Shown here: piece by piece, positions 22,371-35,155 of the stretch
Numbering within the stretch: position 1 is the stretch's first letter
Layout of the letters: the number at the start of each line of letters is the position of its first letter
Assembly: GCA_977017645.1 (NCBI GenBank)
Contig: OZ360225.1
Coordinates: forward strand, 6,324,001-6,388,000
Length of the DNA: 64,000 nucleotides
DNA from: Torpedo marmorata
Lineage: Eukaryota
Reading direction: 5' to 3'
Program-made: the position numbers and the translations under genes
Notes under the pieces: model-generated
The model's database searches: none
What the model was told of the DNA's origin: nothing
What the model saw: only the letters and a program-made list of their open reading frames with translations

Positions 22371-24139
22371 CTGACCATGTACCATTGGTCTTTTCCCAGT
22401 ATTGAATCCAGATCAGGTGCTCAACGTATGATGCCTATCAGGAGTTGGCTTGCTTCAGCATTAGTTGTCCAGCCACTGACTGGAGCAGTCCTGGGTCTGT
22501 CAATTCCTCTGGCATTGGGAGGAGGATGGTAATCCATTCTATTCTCATCTACATCTTTGCCTCGATCCAGGACTAATCCATAGTTGAATCTCATGATTGT
22601 GACTGTGAAGTTGACTTCAGTGAGTTACAAACACAGTTGGAGAAGTGAGGCTCCTCAATGTTTCCCCATCTCCCTGGGTTCTTCCAGCCGCTTCCGTTAC
22701 AGCATCTCACGAAAAGAAAATAGTGCGTTACTTTAGCATTGAATGTTACCAGGTCACTTAATAATGGACAATTTAGTTGCCAATGATAAATGAAGGAAAT
22801 AAGGAACATAAATTGGAGGAACATGGAATCTGAGGATCTCACGATTGGAGCAGTTGCTTACAAAGTTGTCCACGGTGTCTACAGATATTCGTGATTTACT
22901 TTTGCTTACAAAGTTGGGCAAGCACATATTAGACTTCAGAATATTAAATGATGCAAGTAAAGAAAATAGAGGCAGACCATTTCCAATGCATCATTCAAAA
23001 ATATTGATAATTTTTTTGTTCAATAATGTGATTCAAACCATGATTAGCTTGTAATTAACTTTGATAATTGAGTGATTAATAATAATTTCATAATTTGTCA
23101 GGACTGGAGAGGAGAAAAGCAAATCAAAAGGGCAATTGTTAACTGATTAGCGTCATTAGCAGCTTCTCCGAACAAATATGTTAAAAGTGTGTCAGCTACT
23201 TATTAGAATAGCATTAAAATGTAACCATGCAGAAGAATCTTCTGGGGAAAGAATTCCAGAACCATAAGACTTCTATCCATTTTCTATGTGCTGATAAATC
23301 TGATAGCTTGTTGAAATGAAGACAAATTTGATCTCACCCATCCTCATTATCGATCTGTCCATCTTCCAATCATCATAAATGTTAACATTCAACATCTTGA
23401 ATCCTAATGTAATGACGTGTGTGAAGTCAATATATCACAAAGTGTTAGCCAGAGATGGTGAAGGAATTTTTTCATGGTAAAAATGGAATATCTTTGCACC
23501 TTTACGATCACTTAGTCCTTTATTCAAAGGAAAATAATGAAAAACATTACAAAGTAATAGGAAGGCTTCTCTTCTCAACATTAATCCAACAGCACCTGGT
23601 GATAAAATGATTTATAATTATCCTCCTAAAGTAGATAATAGCTGCGATGATTTACGAGAAATCGAAAAAGGAATTTTCTATTTCCTTCATACTGTTAAAA
23701 TATTATATCCGTCCATGGATTAGTACTTAGATGATATGATTGGTCTGAAGTTTTCTTTTCAATGCAGTATTTGATAATCATATAATTAAATGCAGTAAAT
23801 GGTGTCAAACGGTTGCTGCACATCTTTCCCATGCAGGAAATACCCATTCCTAACATCCAAATACAAGTCAACAAATTATAGCAATACATTGCAAAGGATG
23901 CAATATTTTATTCATTGCTTGATGATTTATTCCTGAATTTTAAACACCTTCTGGAATCAAGCTATTAAGTGTAATTCATACTGCAAATGATCAAAATAAT
24001 CGAAACAATAAATAAATCATTCATTAGTGACTGGTTTGCTGTTTAATTTAGAGGAAGAGTTATTTGTAAAATTAATTATGGCTGGTCTGAATGTCTCTAC
24101 CCTATTAACTAGACTCCATTTGAGACACAATATTCTAAG

Positions 24140-25830
24140 TGTGTTCATCAGAGATTTATAGAGCTGCAACATCGCCTTACAACTCCTGAACTCATCCCCT
24201 GCCTAATGAAGCCCAGCTTAACATACACCTTCTTAACTATCCTATTGACATGAGGAACAACCTTGAGAGATCTATGGATTTGGACCCCAAGGTTCCTCTG
24301 TTCTTCTACATTGTTAAGTATCCTACCATTAACCATGTACTCTGCCTTCAAGTTTGACCTTCCAAAATGCATCACATCACACTTATTCAGAATGAACGAC
24401 ATCTGCCACTTTTCTGCCCAACTCTGCATCCTGTCTATATGCTGTTGTAACCTATGACAACCTTCAACACTATCCAAAACTCCTCCAATCTTTGTATCAT
24501 CCACAAATTTACTGACCCATCCCTCTACATCTTCGTCCAGTTCATTTATAAAAATCACAAAGAGCAGGGGTCCCAGAACAGATCCCTGTGGAACTCCACT
24601 AGTCACTGATGTCCAGGCAGAATACTTTCTGTCCACTACTATTCTTGCTTCTGCAGTCAAGCCGATTCTGAATCCACAGCCAAGATCCCATGGATCCCAT
24701 GTCTAATGACTTTCTGAACAAGTCTCTCATGTGGGACCTTGTAAATGCTTACTAAAATCCATAAACACCATCAAAACCAACAAGCTGATTGTTGACTTTA
24801 GGAAGGGAAAACCAGATGTGTACAATCCAGTGATCATTGAGGGATCAGAGGTGGAGAGGGTGAGCAAATTTAAGTTCTTGGGAGTCACTATCTTGGCGGA
24901 TTTTTCCTGGACTCAACACACTAATGGCATTGTGAAGAAAGCATGTCAGCGCCTCTACTTCCTCAGGATTTTGTGGAGGTCTGGTATGACATCGGAAACC
25001 CTGGCAAATTTCTACAGATGTGTGGTGGAAAGTATGCTGACTGGCTGCATCACGGTCTGGTATGGGGACACCAATACCCCCGAGCGTAAAGCCCTCCAAA
25101 AGGTAGTGGACACAGCCCAGGACATCACAGGCAAAACCCTCCCCACCATCCAGAACATCTATGGGGAATATTGCCGTCGGACAGCAGCAGCGATCATCAA
25201 GGATCCACATCATCCAGCACACGCTCTGTTCTTGCTGCTACCATCAAAAAAGAAGTATAGGTGCCACAAGACACGCACCACCAGGTTCAGGAACAGCTGC
25301 TACCCCTCCACCATCAGACTCCTCAACAACAAATTCAATCAGGGACTCATTTAAGGACTCTTACTTTTGCACTTTATTGTTCATTTTTTTCTCCTCTCTG
25401 TATTGCACAGTCAGTTGTTTAAATTTCTTCATTTGTTTACACGTGTACATTGTGTACCGTTTTTTTTTACACTACAAAGAAGTGATAATTCTGCCTTGCC
25501 AGCAGAAAAAAAATAATCTCAGGGTTGTATGTGATGTCATGTATGTACTCTGACAATAAATCTGAAATCTGAAATTTACCTCCCTACCTTCATCAATTTC
25601 TTTTGTTACCTTCCCAAATAACTCAATTAGGCTCATAAGGCATGATCTTCCCCTCAAAAGGACATGCTGACTATCCCTGAGAAGATTGTACTTCTCTAAA
25701 TGCTCATAAATCTTGCCCTTAAGAATCCTCTCTAGTAGTTTGCCCACCACTGATGTAAGACTCACTGGTCTATAATTCCCAGGATTCTCCCTATTACCTT
25801 TTTTTTTAAACAACGGGACCACACCTGTCC
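24140..25830 (-). mobile_element. old CR1 RT fragment interrupted by a Rex/Babar insertion
   Basis: SGVPQGSVLGP, FVDDTK and NYRPVSLTSVVGK on the minus strand either side of 24770-25575. Confidence 0.8.
24770..25575 (+). mobile_element. Rex/Babar LINE, 5'-truncated
   Basis: KTNKLIVDFRK..FKFLGVTI..QRLYFLR..RFRNSCYPSTIRLLN; (CTGAAAT)n tail. Confidence 0.88.
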
Positions 25831-25861
25831 CCAATTTTTGCTCTCCCTAATTCCTGCTGCA

Positions 25862-28800
25862 TCCATTGGGATCTCTTCTGGGGGAGACAAGACCTCTACA
25901 GGAGGGATGGTTTACACCTGAATGCAAAGGGGGCCAATATACTGGCAGTTAGGTTTAATAATGCTGTTGGATTTGATTTAAACTAATTTGGCAGGGGAAA
26001 GGGAACAGGACTGATAGGGAAGCAGATAGGAGAGTGAATATAGGGGTGGTTCCGATAGACGGTGAAACTATAAGGAAAAAGGGAACTAAAAGAGATAGGA
26101 GAGTAGGGGCAAGTGCATCAGGAACAAATGTGGAGGGAGAAGGGAGATATGGTATCAAGGTATTGTATATGAATGCATGGAGTGTAAGGAATAAAATGGA
26201 TGAGCTTGAGGCGCAAATGGCAATGGGAGGTTATGACATTATCGGAGTAACGGAGACATGGCTGCAGGAGGGACAGGATTGGGAAATAAATGTTCCAGGG
26301 TACACGTCCTATAGAAAGGACAGAAATTTAGGAAGAGGTGGTGGGGTAGCTCTGTTGGTAAGTAATGAAGTTCAGGCGTTTGAAAGGAAAGACATTGAAA
26401 CAGGTGGGGTAGAGTATGTTTGGATAGAATTAAGAAATTGCAAAGTCATGAAGACCATAATGGGGGTCATTTACAGGCCTCCGAAAAGTAGCTCAGATAT
26501 AGGAAGTAGTATAAATCAGGAATTAAGAGTGGCATGTCAAAGTGGTAGCAATACGGTAGTTATGGGGGACTTCAACATGAAGGTGGACTGGGAAAATCAG
26601 ACGGGGGCAGGAAAACAAGAGAGTGAGTTTATAGAATGTCTACGAGACACATTCTTGGAGCAGCTAGTGGAGGAACCTACCAGGGGGAAGTCGATTCTGG
26701 ACTTGGTGCTGTGCAGCGACGCAGAGTTAATAAGTGACCTCGAAGTAGGGGTGCCATTAAGGAATAGTGACCATGGTATGGTTACTTTTGATCTGCAATT
26801 GGAAAGGGAAAAAGAAAGGAAGTCGGAAGCATCTATACTGCAGTTAAATAAAGGGGATTATGCAGCTATGAGGGAGGAGTTAGCCAAAATAAAATGGAAA
26901 GATACACTAGCTGGGAGGACAACTGGGGAAAAATGGCAGGTATTTTTGGACATTTTTCACAGGATTCTGGACAAATTCATTCCAAAGTGGAGGAAAGGCT
27001 CAAGGAGATGCAAATGGCAGCCTTGGCTAACTAATGAAATCAAGTGCATTATCAAGTCCAAAGGGAGTAAGTATAAGATAGCGAAGCAGAGTGGGAAGCT
27101 AGAGGATTGGGAAACCTTCAAAGAACATCAGAGGGTAACTAAGAAAGTCATACGAGAGGGGAAAATGAAGTACGAGAGGAAATTAGCAAGTAATATAATA
27201 GAGGATAGCAAAAGCTTTTTTAAATATGTGAAGAGGAAGAAATTGGTTCGGTCTAAAATTGGTCCATTAAGAATGGAAAAGGGTGAAATTATTACTGGAA
27301 ACAAGGAAATGGCTGAGGAATTTAACAAATACTTTGCATCTGTCTTCACCAAGGAGGATATAGGTTATGGTCAGTTAGGGGGTAGTGGTCATGCAGTGTC
27401 AAGAGACTTGGGGAACTTTCCTGGGGAAGTAGGGCATCTGATAGATATCCGGATCCAGAAGCAGGAGGTTGTGAGTAAATCGTTGGGACTGAGGACTGAT
27501 AAATCCCCAGGGCCTGATGGGCTGCATCCCAGGGTGCTTAAAGAGGTTGCTCTGGAAATTGTGGAGGCACTGGTCGACATTTTCCAAAGCTCCATAGATT
27601 CGGGGGAGGTCCCTGTGGATTGGAGAGTGGCTGATGTGGTGCCGCTTTTTAAGAAGGGAGGGAGGGAGAAAACGGGAAATTATAGACCGGTCAGCCTGAC
27701 GTCAGTGGTGGGAAAGATATTGGAATCTATCATAAAAGGAGTAATAGCAGAACACTTAGGCAAAAATAATAGTATAAGGGCTAGTCAGCATGGATTCCTT
27801 AAGGGTAAGTCATGCTTGACTAACCTTCTGGAATTTTTCGAAGATGTAACAAAGAGGGTGGACTTGGGAGAGCCAGTGGATGTGGTGTATTTGGACTTCC
27901 AGAAGGCCTTTGATAAGGTACCGCACGGGAGACTAGTGGGCAAGATCAGGGAGCATGGTATTGAAGGTAAGGTGCTGACATGGATAGGAAATTGGTTAAG
28001 AAATAGGAAACAAAGGGTTGGGGTAAGCGGGTCTTTTTCAGGATGGCAGGATGTGACGAGTGGAGTGCCGCAGGGATCGGTGTTGGGTCCTCAGTTGTTT
28101 GTCATTTATGTAAATGATTTGGATGATGGGATTATTAATAACATGAGCAAATTTGCAGATGACACTAAACTGGGTGGCGGTGTAAAGTGTGAAGAGGATG
28201 TCAGGAAAATGCAGAGGGACTTGGACAGGTTGGGGGAGTGGGCTGAAGAATGGAAGATGAAGTTCAATGTGAGCAAATGTGAGGTTATCCATTTTGGGGG
28301 CAGTAATAGGAAAGCTGAGTATTATTTAAATGGAGACAAGCTAGGGAGTGGGGAAGTGCAAATGGATCTGGGTGTACTTGTTCACCGGTCACTGAAGGCT
28401 AACATGCAGGTTCAGAAAGCTGTGAAGAAGGCAAATGGCATGTTGACTTTCATAAAGAGGGGATTGGAGTATAGGAGCAGAGACGCCCTTCTGCAGTTGT
28501 ACAGGGCCCTGGTGAGACCCCACCTGGAGTATTGCGTCCAGTTCTGGTCTCCAAATTTGAGGAAGGACATACTAACTATAGAGGGTGTGCAGCGCAGATT
28601 TACAAGGTTAGTTCCAGGGATGGCAGGGTTGACATATGCTGAAAGGTTAGAAAAACTGGACTTATATCCGATGGAGTTTAAAAGGATGAGGGGGGACATG
28701 ATTGAGGTATACAAAATTATCAAGGGGATAGACAGGGTGAAGTCAGATTACTTGTTCCCAATGATGGGAGAGACGAGGACTAGAGGGCATAGTTTAAGAA

Positions 28801-29093
28801 TACAGGGAAGGCCCTTTAGGACGGAGATGAGGAAATTTTTTTTTACCCAGAGAAGTGTGAATCTGTGGAATGCTCTGCCACAGAGGGTGGTAGAGGCAGA
28901 TTCGCTGATTATGTTCAAAAGAGAGTTAGATAAGACTCTAGTGGGCAGAGGAGTTAAGGGTTATGGGGATAAGGCTGGTAAGGGGTACTGATAGTAGTGA
29001 TCAGCCATGATCTGTAAAATGGCGGTGCTGGCTTGACGGGCCGAAGGGCCTACTCCAGCTCCTATTGTCTATTGTCTATTGTCTATTGTCTAT
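25862..29093 (+). mobile_element. CR1 LINE, 5'-truncated in the ORF1 esterase C-terminus, intact ORF2
   Basis: HWDLFWGR..DGLHLN esterase end, ORF2, 3' stem-loop region and (TATTGTC)n tail at 29063-29093. Confidence 0.95.
25977..28991 (+). CDS. ORF2: CR1 ORF2 (APE endonuclease + RT), no internal stop
   Basis: Frame is open from 25977; VTETW, MGDFN, SDH, QGSVLGP and FADD motifs. Confidence 0.93.
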   Translation, partial: FKLIWQGKGNRTDREADRRVNIGVVPIDGETIRKKGTKRDRRVGASASGTNVEGEGRYGIKVLYMNAWSVRNKMDELEAQMAMGGYDIIGVTETWLQEGQDWEINVPGYTSYRKDRNLGRGGGVALLVSNEVQAFERKDIETGGVEYVWIELRNCKVMKTIMGVIYRPPKSSSDIGSSINQELRVACQSGSNTVVMGDFNMKVDWENQTGAGKQESEFIECLRDTFLEQLVEEPTRGKSILDLVLCSDAELISDLEVGVPLRNSDHGMVTFDLQLEREKERKSEASILQLNKGDYAAMREELAKIKWKDTLAGRTTGEKWQVFLDIFHRILDKFIPKWRKGSRRCKWQPWLTNEIKCIIKSKGSKYKIAKQSGKLEDWETFKEHQRVTKKVIREGKMKYERKLASNIIEDSKSFFKYVKRKKLVRSKIGPLRMEKGEIITGNKEMAEEFNKYFASVFTKEDIGYGQLGGSGHAVSRDLGNFPGEVGHLIDIRIQKQEVVSKSLGLRTDKSPGPDGLHPRVLKEVALEIVEALVDIFQSSIDSGEVPVDWRVADVVPLFKKGGREKTGNYRPVSLTSVVGKILESIIKGVIAEHLGKNNSIRASQHGFLKGKSCLTNLLEFFEDVTKRVDLGEPVDVVYLDFQKAFDKVPHGRLVGKIREHGIEGKVLTWIGNWLRNRKQRVGVSGSFSGWQDVTSGVPQGSVLGPQLFVIYVNDLDDGIINNMSKFADDTKLGGGVKCEEDVRKMQRDLDRLGEWAEEWKMKFNVSKCEVIHFGGSNRKAEYYLNGDKLGSGEVQMDLGVLVHRSLKANMQVQKAVKKANGMLTFIKRGLEYRSRDALLQLYRALVRPHLEYCVQFWSPNLRKDILTIEGVQRRFTRLVPGMAGLTYAERLEKLDLYPMEFKRMRGDMIEVYKIIKGIDRVKSDYLFPMMGETRTRGHSLRIQGRPFRTEMRKFFFTQRSVNLWNALPQRVVEADSLIMFKRELDKTLVGRGVKGYGDKAGKGY

Positions 29094-29099
29094 CCCTTC

Positions 29100-30470
29100 T
29101 AATTAGCCATTCCCCGTTTTGTCTGCTTTTATCCTTGTCCATAGCTATGCTATAGCTCAGGGAGTTGTGGTCACTATCACCAAAATTTTCCCCCGTCGAG
29201 AGGTCTGTCACCTGACCAAGTACTAGATCCAATATAGCCTCTTCTCTAGGCGGCTGGTCCACAAACTGTGTCAGAAATCCTTCTTGGACACAATGGAGAA
29301 ATTCTACCCCACCTATCCCTCTTGCAGTATGGAGGTGCCAGTCAATATTTGGGAAGTTGAAGTCTCCCAGAACAACACCCCTGTAATTTCTGCACCATTC
29401 CGAAATCTGTCTATTTATCTGTTCCTCATAATCCCAAGGCCTACTTGGGGGGCCTATAGACTACTCCCAGTACAGTGATTGCTCCCTTCCTATTTCTGAC
29501 TCACCCAAACCAACTCAGTAGACACTCCCTCAACAGTGTCCTCCCTTTCTACAGCTGTGATACTATCCCTGACCAGTATTGATACCCACCCTCTCTTTTA
29601 CCTCCCATACTATCCCTTTTAAAACAACTAAACCCCGGAACCTGCATCAGTCAATCCTGTCCTTGCATCAGCCAAGGCTCTGTAATGGCCACAACATCAT
29701 AATTCCATGTACTCATCCATGTTCTAAGGTCAAATACTTCATTACTAATACTCCTTGCTTTAAAATAGTCACATTTCAAACCCTCCAACTGACTACATTT
29801 ATGCTTCTTCTCCTGCCTGTCCTTCCTCACAAACCTACAACACACTGCATCATTTTTTACACCTTCTGCCCTATTCTCTGCCCTCACATTCTGGTTCCCA
29901 TTCCCAGCGAAATTCCCCAACAGCTCCAGAAAACCTGCCTGCAAGGATATTAGTCCCACTCCAGCTCACGTTCTGCCTGTCCTTTTTGTACAGGTCATAT
30001 CTTCCCCAGAGGAGATCCCAATGATCCATGAATCTTAACCCCTGCCCCCTGTATCAACACCTCAGCCTCATAAACTTCAGCCACAACTTCCGATTCCAAC
30101 TCACACTGGTACGTGGCACAGGCAGCAATCCCAAGATTACCACCCTTGACGTTCTGCTTTTCAGTTTCCTTCCTAACTCCTTATATTAGCTCTTCAGGTC
30201 CTCATCCCTACTCCTATCTATGTCTTGGTACCAACGTAGACCATGACATCTGGCTGCTCACCCTCCTGCTTGAGAATGCTATGGATTAGATCTGAGACGT
30301 CCCTGATCCTGGCACCTGAGAGGCAACTTACCCTTCAGGAGTCTCAATCTTGTTCATAGAACCTCCTATTTATTCGCCTAACTAGCAAATCCTTAATCAC
30401 TATAGACCTCCTCTTCTCCACCCTTTCCTTCTTAGCCAAAGAGCCAGACTCTGTGGCAGAGACCTCGTCG
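29100..30470 (-). mobile_element. old CR1 fragment (ORF1 esterase and endonuclease start)
   Basis: NYDVVAITEPWL and DHWDLLWGR..GTNILAGR on the minus strand. Confidence 0.75.
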
Positions 30471-30489
30471 CTTTTACATTGGTAGGGTA

Positions 30490-30805
30490 GACCATAACTA
30501 GGGGACATAGCCTCAAGATTCAGGGTAGTAGATTTAGGATGGAGATGAGGAGCATCTACTTTTCCCAGAGGATGGTGAATCTGTGGAACTTGCTGCGCAT
30601 TGAAGCAGTGGAGGCGACCTCAGTAAATATATTTAAGACAAGGTTGTATAGATTTTTACATAGTAAGAGAATTAAGGGATATGGGGAAAAGGCAGGTAGG
30701 TGGAGATGAGCCCATCATCAGATCAGTCATGATCTCATTGAATGGCGGAGCAGGCTCGACGGGCCGGGTGGCCACTGCTGCTCCTATTTCTTATGTTCTT
30801 ATGTT
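30490..30805 (+). mobile_element. CR1 LINE 3' fragment
   Basis: Similar to 28780-29090; (TTCTTATG)n tail. Confidence 0.8.
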
Positions 30806-31139
30806 TATATGTTCACTACGACTTGTCCCTGGTAGATCATCCCCCCAACAGTATAACAGTATACTTATTGTTGAGGGCAACTTGGTCTTGAATGCTCTAA
30901 GAATAAACATTTTAGCTTCTCAGTGATCATGCAGGAAATCAGATTTAACTCTCTGTCAGGTTTGGATTCTTGTGGGTGGTCGGTTATTCATTTGATCTGA
31001 GCCCCTATGAAATTCCATTCTCTCAATTCCTGGTGGCTAATTCTGAGTAATTAGAGTGGAGTGTCCATACCCTCCCTAGCACTTCATGGTTCTTCTGGTG
31101 GAGTTCAATATCAGGAAAAGAACCCACGCACTAAGAACC

Positions 31140-31735
31140 ATTGTTAGAACCATAGAACACTACAACACAGAAACAGGCACTTTGGCTCTTCTAGTCTGAG
31201 GAAGAACTATTGTTCTGCCCAGTCCCACTGACCTGCATCGTGAGCATATCTCTCTATACCACCCCCTTCCCCATCCATGTACCTGTCCAAATTTTTCTTA
31301 AATGTCAAAATTGAGCCAGCATTTACCAACTCAGCTGGCAGCTCGTTTCACACTCCCACCACTCTCTGTGTGACGGAATTCCCCCTAATGTCCCCTTTTT
31401 ACTTTTCCCCTTTCACCCTTCACCCCTGTCCTCTAGTTTTTATCTCTCCTAACCTCAGTTGGAAAAACCTGCTTGCATTTACTCTACCTATGCCTATCAT
31501 GATTTTATTATACCTCTATCAAATCTACTCTAATTTTTCTATGCTCCAGGGAATAACCTTTCCCTGCAACTCAGTTCTTCAAGTTCTGGCAACATCCTTG
31601 TAAATCTCCTCTGCACTCAATCAATCTCATTGGTGGCCTTCCTGTAGTTAGGTGACCAAAAGTACCCACAATACTCCAATTTTGACCTCACCAGTGTCTT
31701 ATACAACGTCACCATAACATCCCAACTTCTAACGT
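31140..31735 (-). mobile_element. CR1 LINE 3' fragment
   Basis: LYKTLVRSKLEYC motif and CR1-type tail. Confidence 0.78.
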
Positions 31736-32370
31736 GACTGAATTGGTGCCCCCAGATAAAAGGAAAACTCCAATGAACTACTTGATGAAGAGTAACAACT
31801 TTCCCCCAACCATCATCACTAACACAGATTGTTTTGATGTTGTCTGTGAGTCCTAGTAGAACACGAATTGCCTGCTGCATTGCAATCTCAAAAACTATCA
31901 AAGCATTCATTGGCTGTAGAATACTTTGGACATCAGAGGCAGTAAAATGACACACTGAATCAATTTCTGAGTCAAGACTTTGTAGCTTTACTGTTTGGAT
32001 ATCCAATGTCAGCTTAATTCAGCCTGGTTCTCTCTGCTAATCCTTTGCCCACCCAACCTTGTCAGGTTCTGATCTGTCTCTAAGAGACAAAATCCAGTCC
32101 CTTTCCCCTTCCGGACCAATCTCTTCCCAAAGGCCTAGCTCTGATCCTTCTGCCTTTTCTCTCCATGCAGTGCACAAACTCTAATCCTTCTCTCTTTCCC
32201 TCCCAAACTGTGATGCAATGCATAACCTCTGATCTCTCTCCTGGCATCCTATTCAAAAGCACTGATGCACATCCTTCTTTCATCCACTCCTGCCTCAAAC
32301 CACAGATTCATATCCCTCCCCTTTATCCTCCCAGCCCAAAGCCCAGAATGGTTTTCCTCTTTCTTCTCTT

Positions 32371-32675
32371 TCAGAATCAGAATCAGAATCAGAATTTATT
32401 GTCATGAAATGTCACAAAATTTGTTGTTTTGCAGCAGCATTACAGGTGGTTTCTGTGAACCACCTTACAAAATAAATAAAAATCGTGCAAGGGAAAGAAA
32501 AAGACAAAGTGTGGTAGTGTCTGTGGTTCATTGATCATTCAGAAATCTGATGGCAGTGGGGAAGAAGCTGTCCTTGTGCCACTGAGTGCTCGTCTTCAGG
32601 CTCCTGTACCTTTTTCCCAATGGTAGCAGAGTGAAGAGGGCATGGCCTGGGTGGTGGGGGTCCTTGAGGATAGAG
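32371..32675 (-). mobile_element. Rex/Babar LINE 3' end
   Basis: (CAGAAT)4 tail followed by TTTATTGTCA and ORF-end similarity to 9470-9600. Confidence 0.78.
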
Positions 32676-33117
32676 CAGATTGCAAATTTAGCCCTAAAAT
32701 TTTCACCATTATAGAATTCAAATTCATTATTCTGAAGCTTTACTCTGCCTTATCTTTTCTGTGTCTCTTTACTGAGACCTTGTAAACATTATCAGTATCA
32801 GAGTATTTTGCAATTTCTTTTCCTGACAAATACAGTGTCTTCTGTATAAAATTATTGATATTTTTGTTTTGTGACGGAGAGAGACTTCAGCAAAGTGCAT
32901 GGTATCAATTTCACATCACCTTCAAGCCCCAATTTCCTAAGTTTTTCATTGGTTTTAGACTGGAGATTCTGAGCAGACTCGAGTATAAAATGCCAGAGAA
33001 AAGATCAGCAGCAATTTTACTGTCAGTTGACAAGTTTTCCAGTTCAGGAGAAATAAGATTCGTGGAGCCAATAATGTCATCACCCAATAGTTCCAACAAA
33101 TGCAAGATAGAAAAAAT

Positions 33118-33968
33118 GCTACTGCATCCGGTGCTCCCATTGTGGCGTCCTCTACATCGGAGAGACTGCATGCAGATTGGGAGATCGTTTCATTGAGCAC
33201 CTTTGTTCTGTCTGCTTCAATAACAGGGAAAACCCAGCGGCCAACTATTTTAATTCCACACATTCCCACACCAACATGCCTATCCATGGCCTCATGCTCT
33301 GACAAACTGAGGCTCCCTGCAAATTGGAGGAACAACACCTAATATTCCATCTGGGCACTCTCCAACCAGATGGCATTAACCAACTTCTCCGGTTTCTGTT
33401 AGGCCCCATCTCTCTCTCTTTCTCTATCCCTCTATCTCCTTTCCTCCTGCTCCCCACTCCTTCCCCCGACATTCAGAGAGCTATCCCCTCCCCCTACCAC
33501 CTCAATTTTTTTTCTCTTCTGCCCTCCAATCCATATACACCTATGATCTCTTGCCTGTTGGCCCCTGCCCCTTCCTCCTTCTTCTCTTCTTCTCACCCAC
33601 CTTTTTATTCAGGTGCCTGTCTGGATTTTGCTCATAGCTTAACATTGACTTTACCGGTTTCTGCTAACCTGCTCTCCTTTCCCCCTCCCTTCCCTTCCCC
33701 CTGTCAGCTCTCCACCCCCTTCCCTCTCTATTCACCTAGCCATCCCTCCTCCCCTTCTTTGCTGCTGTGCCCTCCCTCACTTCTCCACCTATTACCCCCT
33801 GCCTTTGCGACCACGCCTCCCCCCTCACCTTTTTATTCAGAGCCTGCTGACATTTTTCCATACCTTGATGAAGGGCTCAAGCCCGAAACGTCGGTTATGT
33901 ATTTTTATCTTTGCTATATAAAGGACACAATTTGACCTGCTGAGTTTCTCCAGCATTCTGTTTTTACA
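33118..33968 (+). mobile_element. two abutting Penelope 3' fragments, the second carrying a hammerhead motif (33860-33900)
   Basis: YIGET/LEEQHLIFHLGTLQPDGIN remnant, then a restart at TTAACATTGAC matching 11895-12211. Confidence 0.85.
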
Positions 33969-35022
33969 AGTGACTGAAGTTTTCGTGGAGGAGTAATGAC
34001 CATAATCTGATTAGTTTTAAAATAGTTACAGAAAAAATTAGGACTGGTCTACAAGCAGAGTTTGCATTTGCTGGGCAGGGCTAATTCTGATGGCATTAGA
34101 CAGGAACTTGCAAAAATCTGTTGGCAGAAGTTGTTAGCAGACAAGTGGACATCTAGGAAATGGGGGACCTAAAAATGAGATAGATAAAGTTTTAGGCTGA
34201 CATTTTTCTGTTAGAGCGAAGGTCAAGATTAGCAGTTTAGGGAACCCTAGTTGATGAGGGATATTGAGGCTATGATCAAGACAAAGGAGGCATCTGTCAG
34301 GTGTTGGCAGTGAGAATTAATTGACTCTCTTGAGAACCATGAGGGATGTAGAAGTACACTTAAGAAATCAGGAGGTCATAAAGGGGACATGAGATATCCT
34401 TGGCAGATAAGGTAAGGGAGGATCAAAAGTGATTCAATAACTATTTGAAGAGAAAAAGTGTAACTTGGGCCCCTTGAAGATAAGCATGGTTATTTGTGTG
34501 TGGAGCCACAGTGATGATGTGAATACTTCTCGACTGTATTTCCCATAGAGAAGGCCATGGAAGCTAAGGAATTTAGGAAGGAGAATAGTGATGTCCTGAA
34601 ATACATGATATTATGGAAGTGGAGTCAGTGGCAGCATTGAAGCACATGAGAGTGGAGAAATCTACAGTACAGGTGTATACTGAGGCATTGTGGGAAGCAA
34701 TGGGAGTAATCACTGGGGCCTTGGCAAAGACATTTGTATCCTTTTACGCCACAGGTGCTGCACTGGGGAATAGAGGATGGCTAATGAAGTGTCGGTATTT
34801 AAGGGCCGCAAGGACAACCCAGGATACTCTAGGCCGGTAAGCCAAACAGCAATGGTAGGAAAGTTACTGGAGGGGATCCCGAGATCTGAATTTGGAAAGG
34901 CAAGGATTGATTTGGGATATTCAGCATTTCTTTATGCATGGGAAATCCTGAATTTGATTGAGTTATCGGAAGAAGTAACCAAGAGGAGTAATGAAGGCAT
35001 GATAGTAGATGTTATCTATACA

Positions 35023-35155
35023 AACTAAAGCACAAAAGTCTGCAGACATTGTGATAGTAGTAAAATCACGGAAATGCTGGAAGAACTCAGCCGGTTCTGT
35101 AGCATCCATAGGAGGTAAAAGTAAAGGCCTGAGCCCTTCCTCAAGGTGTGAGACT
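35023..35155 (-). mobile_element. short Penelope pLTR fragment
   Basis: Resembles the reverse complement of 12100-12249 including the 3' extension. Confidence 0.65.

Noticed and set aside
29063-29093. Short tandem repeats here and at 32371, 16906 and 25560 as a possible array
   Set aside because: These are ordinary CR1 and Rex 3' microsatellite tails with no spacers.
32855-33120. Open frames on both strands in unique DNA
   Set aside because: No recognisable protein and no convincing splice-site pair.
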